DNA of 64,000 bases from an uncultured cyanobacterium (GTDB taxonomy: Bacteria > Cyanobacteriota > Cyanobacteriia > Cyanobacteriales > Nostocaceae). The stretch is taken from NCBI GenBank assembly GCA_963706595.1, contig OY970166.1, positions 1,824,001 to 1,888,000 on the forward strand. The letters are read 5' to 3'. The number at the start of each line of letters is the position of its first letter. Position 1 is the first letter of the stretch. A program made the translations under genes and the position numbers. Below the pieces are notes generated by a model. That model had not been told where the DNA came from and made no database searches. It saw nothing but the letters and a program-made list of their open reading frames with translations. Below, one piece after another: positions 58,894 to 64,000 of this stretch.

Positions 58894-60585
58894 ATGCAGG
58901 TATATTGCAGTAAACAACACGGAAACAACGGTGGGAACCGTTTTTGTATCCACTGTGGTGAGCCATTACCTCTGGTTTTTGGGCAGGTTGTAAATAATCG
59001 TTATCAGATTATCCGGCAATTAGGTCAAGGCGGTTTTGGCCGCACTTATTTGGCGGAAGATTGCCATAAATCCCGGCAAACTTGTGTGTTGAAGGAATTT
59101 GCGCCTCAAGTGCAAGCACAGCAGGATTTAGAAAAAGCTAAAGAATTATTTGAGCGCGAAGCCAATGTTCTAAAAACACTCCAACATCCCCAAATTCCCC
59201 GTTTTCACGCTTCGCTGCAAGTGGAGATAGGGAGTAAAGATTTTTTCTTTTTAGTGCAAGATTATATCGATGGTGACAATTATGATCAATTGTTAGAGCA
59301 GCGCCAAAGCCAGGGAAAAGCTTTTAGTGAAGAGGAGGTGGTAACTCTACTGCAACAGATTTTACCTGTGTTGTCCTATATCCACTCACGAGATGTTGTT
59401 CACCGTGATATTTCTCCTGATAATTTGATTTGGCGGCGTGCTGATAATTTGCCGATGTTGATTGACTTTGGTGGTGTGAAGCAATTGCCGGCGGCTCAAG
59501 GTTTTTGGTTTACTCAGTTGGGTGGGAATAATACTTTATTAGGTAAAAAGGGCTACGCGCCGGAGGAACAGCTACGCCAGGGTAAAGTATTTTTTAATAG
59601 CGATTTATATGCTTTGGCGGTTACAGTTTTAGTGTTGCTTACAGGTAAAGAACCACAAAAACTCTACGACAGCTATCAAGGTGTTTGGTACTGGGGAAAG
59701 GAAATTAAAGTCAGTAGTCAATTGGAGTTGGTGTTAAAAAAGATGCTGGCTTATAAGCCGAGCGATCGCTATGAAAGAGCCGACCAAATACTCCGCGATT
59801 TACCCTCTGCTATAACCCGCAAACCCTACAATACTTATGTTACCAAGCTGAAGACTATGGTGGTGGCTCCGGGACTAAAACGCGCTCATAATCTCATCAG
59901 TAAATTCCATAGTAAAACGCCAGGAGTTAATCAAACTATCACTATGCCAGTTTGGCTGCGCCCTTTTGCTGTGAGTCTTGGGGGAACAGCTTTAGTTGTT
60001 TTAACTGGCGCAGGTACTTGGGCCGTGGTAAATTCGATAATTCGTAGTGTCGCTTCCATCACCGTACCCACAATTACCCTACCTTCACTTCCTAGTTTAC
60101 CCAATCCTCTGGGGAGTCCAGGCGGTGAGAAAGGTTCTAATGATATCAGCCAAATTTTAACCCGCCGCCAACAGCTAGAAATACCCGAAGTGTTTTTTAC
60201 TCAGTTTGTCGATAATTTATTTTATGCTGAAAACCCAGATTTAAATAGACGCAGCCTCACGAATGGGTCAGAAGATGCAGCATTAAGGGCTGAATGGGTT
60301 GGCATTGCCAGAAACTTATTAAATCAAATAGAACAGGCTAATATCAGTACAGCGTCTCGTCGGCAACTGGGACGCTATAGTTCACAAAATGAGAGAATTT
60401 GGAGACAACAAGCCAGAGCAGGAGAATGGAGAAATTATACAATTGACCAACTTAACCAAGATACAAATGAAAAATTTGATCGGTTGTTTCCAGGACAACA
60501 GCGTGGGAAACTGAATCAGCAAACTTTCGGTCAACTGTGGTATGCGATCGCATCTGATCAAGTCAGTAAGGTAAAAATTAAATAA
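58894..60585 (+). CDS. Membrane Ser/Thr protein kinase
   Basis: [24 protein letters not shown] segment. Confidence 0.92.
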   Translation: MQVYCSKQHGNNGGNRFCIHCGEPLPLVFGQVVNNRYQIIRQLGQGGFGRTYLAEDCHKSRQTCVLKEFAPQVQAQQDLEKAKELFEREANVLKTLQHPQIPRFHASLQVEIGSKDFFFLVQDYIDGDNYDQLLEQRQSQGKAFSEEEVVTLLQQILPVLSYIHSRDVVHRDISPDNLIWRRADNLPMLIDFGGVKQLPAAQGFWFTQLGGNNTLLGKKGYAPEEQLRQGKVFFNSDLYALAVTVLVLLTGKEPQKLYDSYQGVWYWGKEIKVSSQLELVLKKMLAYKPSDRYERADQILRDLPSAITRKPYNTYVTKLKTMVVAPGLKRAHNLISKFHSKTPGVNQTITMPVWLRPFAVSLGGTALVVLTGAGTWAVVNSIIRSVASITVPTITLPSLPSLPNPLGSPGGEKGSNDISQILTRRQQLEIPEVFFTQFVDNLFYAENPDLNRRSLTNGSEDAALRAEWVGIARNLLNQIEQANISTASRRQLGRYSSQNERIWRQQARAGEWRNYTIDQLNQDTNEKFDRLFPGQQRGKLNQQTFGQLWYAIASDQVSKVKIK

Positions 60586-60673
60586 TCCATACTTCCTTAA
60601 TGGTAAAATCCCTTAGATTTATCTGTGGGGTAAATCCAAAATCTAAAATCCAAAATTCTATGACTCATAACTT

Positions 60674-62776
60674 ATGCATACAAATAATACTATTCAACCG
60701 GGTCTAACTTTAAGCGATCGCTATGTAATTGTCCGTCAAATTGGTCAAGGTGGTTTTGGACGCACTTATTTAGCCGAAGACATTAACCGCTTTCGGGAAC
60801 TTTGTGTTTTAAAGGAATTTTCCCCTCAAGTTCAAACTGACTACGTTGTGCAGAAAGCCGAAGAATTATTTGAGCGCGAAGCTAGTGTTCTCTACAAGCT
60901 GCAACATCCCCAAATTCCCCGCTTTCGGGAACTGCTGCGAATTAACTTAGAAGGTAAAAAATACCTGTTTTTGGTGCAAGATTATGTCGAAGGACAAACT
61001 TACAATTCTTTATTAAATACGCGTAAGCAGCAAGGGTTGCGGTTTACTGAGTCGGAAATCCGGCAATTGTTAGGACAAATTCTGCCAGTTTTGGAATATA
61101 TCCACTCAATGGGCGTAATTCATCGGGATATCTCGCCAGATAATTTAATGCTTCGCACCATTGACCAATTACCAATATTAATTGATTTTGGCGGTGTGAA
61201 ACAGGTAGCAGCAACCGTGGCTTCGGAATATTACCAACCGGAACAATATGCATCTCCCCCATCACCCACTTTATTAGGTAAAGTCGGTTTTGCACCTCCA
61301 GAACAGATGCAAACGGGTTTGGTGTCTACTCACAGCGATTTGTATGCTTTGGCTGTGACAATGCTAGTTTTATTGACAGGTAAACAGCCGCAAGAACTGA
61401 TTGATAATTATAATTTGACTTGGCAATGGCGACGAGAAGTGAGTGTCAGTCAGGCTTTGGGGCAAATATTAGATAAAATGCTATCTCCTAGACCAGGCGA
61501 TCGCTATCAATCAGCGAGTCATGTATTGCAAGCCCTCTACTCGCCACCAGTCAGCTATCCCCCCACTCAATATCCCCCCACTCAACATCCCACTACCCCA
61601 CCACCAACATCTGCTACAGTTGCTGTTTCTCCAGCTTCCCCAGTAGCGCGTCCAGCTTCCCCATCCGCCTCATCTCCCTCCTCGTCTCCTCAACCAACAT
61701 CCTGGTTAACACCAGTCACAGGAATGGTAGCAGTCCTGTTAGTTGTGGGTACAGTGGGAGGAATTTGGTGGGGAGTCAGTAGTGGCGATCGCAATCCTGG
61801 AGAAGTCAAACCCACACCCACCCCCACGGTTGACCAGCCCACTGATTCCTCAGCGAAATTTTCCGCAGCAGAACGTCAGCGCAAGCAAAGATTAGACAAT
61901 CGCCGTCAACAATTGGGTATTGATTCCAGATTTTACGTCAACTTGGTAAATCAAGACTTTTGGGACAATAACCCCAGTTTACGGGGAAGCACTCTCAGCG
62001 AAGACCCGAAAGATGAAAGTTTGCGCACAGAATGGGATGAAACAGCCGCCGAATTACTAGAAAAACTGGCTCCATTGAGTAATGGGGCGCGTCAGCAATT
62101 AGGAACTTATACAGCAGCAGAACGCGAACGTTGGCGAGTTGAAGCCAACAAACTCAATGTTAGTAGTACTGCTTTATATGATTTAGGAGATGCTGCCTTT
62201 TTTAACAAATTTCCAGAACAACGGGGAAAAGATTTTATTAATCAACCCATTGGGCAAATTTGGCATGGATTTGTTAGCGATAAACTCAATGCTTTGATTT
62301 CTCGCACAGCTTTGGAAAGAATTACCTTTGATGCAGGTGCTACTAGCAGAACCATGAGGGGAAATCTGCAACCTGCTGTTCACCCGGCTGGTGGTAAAAT
62401 TTTTATTGCTAACTTGGCTCAAAATCAACTGATGACAGTCAAGCTACAAGCCAGTTCTCAAGTTTTGCTATCAGTATACTCTCCCTCTGGTAAATTCAAA
62501 ATTTTAGAAGATTCTACAGAACGGGATTTATCAACTAAATTACCAGAATCGGGATTTTATGAGTTTGTGATTGCTTCCACAGCATCAGAACCACTCAGTT
62601 ATCAACTCAGTATTGCGGCGGAAAATCCCACACCAGAACCCACACCCACACCTACACCCACACCTACACCCACACCTACACCCACACCTACACCCACACC
62701 TACACCCACACCTACACCAGAGCCTACGCCTACACCTACACCTACACCTACACCTCCGGAAACTGAGTCCAACTGA
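60674..62776 (+). CDS. Membrane Ser/Thr protein kinase with C-terminal (PT)n tail
   Basis: [24 protein letters not shown] segment; ACACCC/ACACCT repeats near 62630-62755. Confidence 0.92.
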   Translation: MHTNNTIQPGLTLSDRYVIVRQIGQGGFGRTYLAEDINRFRELCVLKEFSPQVQTDYVVQKAEELFEREASVLYKLQHPQIPRFRELLRINLEGKKYLFLVQDYVEGQTYNSLLNTRKQQGLRFTESEIRQLLGQILPVLEYIHSMGVIHRDISPDNLMLRTIDQLPILIDFGGVKQVAATVASEYYQPEQYASPPSPTLLGKVGFAPPEQMQTGLVSTHSDLYALAVTMLVLLTGKQPQELIDNYNLTWQWRREVSVSQALGQILDKMLSPRPGDRYQSASHVLQALYSPPVSYPPTQYPPTQHPTTPPPTSATVAVSPASPVARPASPSASSPSSSPQPTSWLTPVTGMVAVLLVVGTVGGIWWGVSSGDRNPGEVKPTPTPTVDQPTDSSAKFSAAERQRKQRLDNRRQQLGIDSRFYVNLVNQDFWDNNPSLRGSTLSEDPKDESLRTEWDETAAELLEKLAPLSNGARQQLGTYTAAERERWRVEANKLNVSSTALYDLGDAAFFNKFPEQRGKDFINQPIGQIWHGFVSDKLNALISRTALERITFDAGATSRTMRGNLQPAVHPAGGKIFIANLAQNQLMTVKLQASSQVLLSVYSPSGKFKILEDSTERDLSTKLPESGFYEFVIASTASEPLSYQLSIAAENPTPEPTPTPTPTPTPTPTPTPTPTPTPTPTPEPTPTPTPTPTPPETESN

Positions 62777-62811
62777 AGTTAATTGCACAGACGCACAGAA
62801 GAGGAGTTAAG

Positions 62812-63300
62812 GAGTTACCCGATGGCAAAATAGTAGTAATTGCTGGGGAACATGAAGATTTTTATGACCCAGATTTTTGTATTTATAATGATGTAATTGT
62901 TGCTCAAGGTGATGGTGACTTCCAAATTTATGGTTATCCAGAAGATGTTTTCCCGCCCACTGATTTTCATTCAGCAACATTGGTAGGAGAATACATATAT
63001 ATTATTGGCAGTTTAGGTTATCTAGACAAGAGAATTTGCGACCATACGCCAGTTTATAGACTCCATTCTCAGACTTTCACGATCGAAAGAGTTGAGACTT
63101 CTGGGGAAAATCCAGGATGGATTCATAAACACACAGCCTGCTATGAAGAACCCAATAAAATCTGTATTAGTGGGGGTGATATTTTCACGATAGTGAATCA
63201 AGAGCAACAGTATTTAGATAATACCAATAGCTACACTTTGGATTTAAAAAATTTTCGTTGGACTCGCGTGATTCCATTAGATAAAACTGAGTATAAATAG
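62812..63300 (+). pseudogene. 5'-truncated fragment of a kelch/beta-propeller-like protein
   Basis: Frame reads ELPDGKIVVIAGEHEDFYDPDFCIYNDV...PPTDFHSATLVG well upstream of the tracked start, with no ATG after the in-frame stop at 62764. Confidence 0.6.
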
Positions 63301-63407
63301 CGACAATGGCTTCCAGGATTTGATAGGCGATCGCATAAGACTTCACGCTATACTTTACCCGATAGCTAGACATTCTCTAATCATTGACAAGCAAAGGGTG
63401 ACATCTC

Positions 63408-64000
63408 ATGACTCGGACTATTTCTCAATTTATCGAAGAGAATTTTTTACATTTTAACGCCGCCGCCCTGGTTGATGCGGCTAAAGCATACAAAGCCCAT
63501 CTTGAGGATAACGGTAAGATGATGATTACTCTGGCTGGAGCCATGAGTACAGCCGAATTGGGGATATCTTTAGCCGAAATGATTCGCCAGGATAAGGTGC
63601 AGATTATTTCGTGTACAGGGGCGAATCTGGAAGAAGATATTATGAATTTGGTAGCCCATAATCATTATAAGCGTGTCCCTAACTATCGAGACTTAGGCCC
63701 TGAAGATGAATGGCAACTTCTGGAACAGGGGTTTAATCGAGTAACTGATACTTGCATTCCCGAAGAAGAGGCTTTTCGGAGAATACAGAAGCACATTTTC
63801 CAACAATGGAAAGAAGCGAATGACAAAGGGGAAAGATATTTTCCTCATGAATTCATGTATAAGATGCTTCTATCTGGCGATATGGAACAATATTATCAAA
63901 TAGACCCCAAAAATAGCTGGATGTTGGCGGCTGCACAGAAAGGATTGCCAATTGTTTGTCCTGGTTGGGAAGATTCCACAATGGGCAATATTTTTTCTTC
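63408..64000 (+). CDS. Deoxyhypusine synthase-like (homospermidine synthase family) protein, runs off window
   Basis: Manual translation MTRTISQFIEENFLHFNAAALVDAAKAY...LAGAMSTAELG...SCTGANLEED...PGWEDSTMGNIF. Confidence 0.88.
   Translation, partial: MTRTISQFIEENFLHFNAAALVDAAKAYKAHLEDNGKMMITLAGAMSTAELGISLAEMIRQDKVQIISCTGANLEEDIMNLVAHNHYKRVPNYRDLGPEDEWQLLEQGFNRVTDTCIPEEEAFRRIQKHIFQQWKEANDKGERYFPHEFMYKMLLSGDMEQYYQIDPKNSWMLAAAQKGLPIVCPGWEDSTMGNIFS

Noticed and set aside
62571..62810. His/Pro- and Arg/Cys-rich ORFs
   Set aside because: Alternative frames of the kinase (PT)n repeat.
1..64000. Abundant GCGATCGC octamers as a novel signal
   Set aside because: This is the well-known cyanobacterial HIP1; used only as a taxonomic clue.

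Overview
Chromosomal window from a filamentous, most likely Nostocales-type cyanobacterium. This assignment rests on dense HIP1 GCGATCGC sites, heptamer STRR tracts, Nostoc-type dispersed repeats/MITEs, and clpR-clpP3, rbp and hli genes. Housekeeping genes (ileS, clpR/clpP, hemW, a tandem mscS pair, parA, GST) alternate with accessory blocks. Two candidate systems stand out. (1) A co-oriented three-gene cluster at 11838-17358 encodes an RcaD-like winged-helix protein, a P-loop ATPase, and a single 882-aa fusion of a DEDDy 3'-5' exonuclease, a Cas4/AddB-like Fe-S PD-(D/E)XK nuclease and a soluble FtsK motor; it looks like an uncharacterised DNA-degrading (defence or repair) machine. (2) An EACC1-like gene is coupled to a caspase-FGE/CLec gene whose 3' end has the hallmarks of a diversity-generating-retroelement variable region with a downstream GC hairpin; it lies next to a putative pseudokinase carrying 12 mosaic TPR units. 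Also seen: nested MITEs, short repeats inserted in-frame into ileS and other genes, several toxin-antitoxin cassettes, a general-stress gene cluster, and genes missed by the ORF track (hli with an HLR1 box; a deoxyhypusine-synthase-like gene). Four single-base frameshifts probably reflect assembly errors. No rRNA, tRNA, CRISPR array, transposase or reverse transcriptase was recognised. All family assignments come from motif recognition, not database searches.
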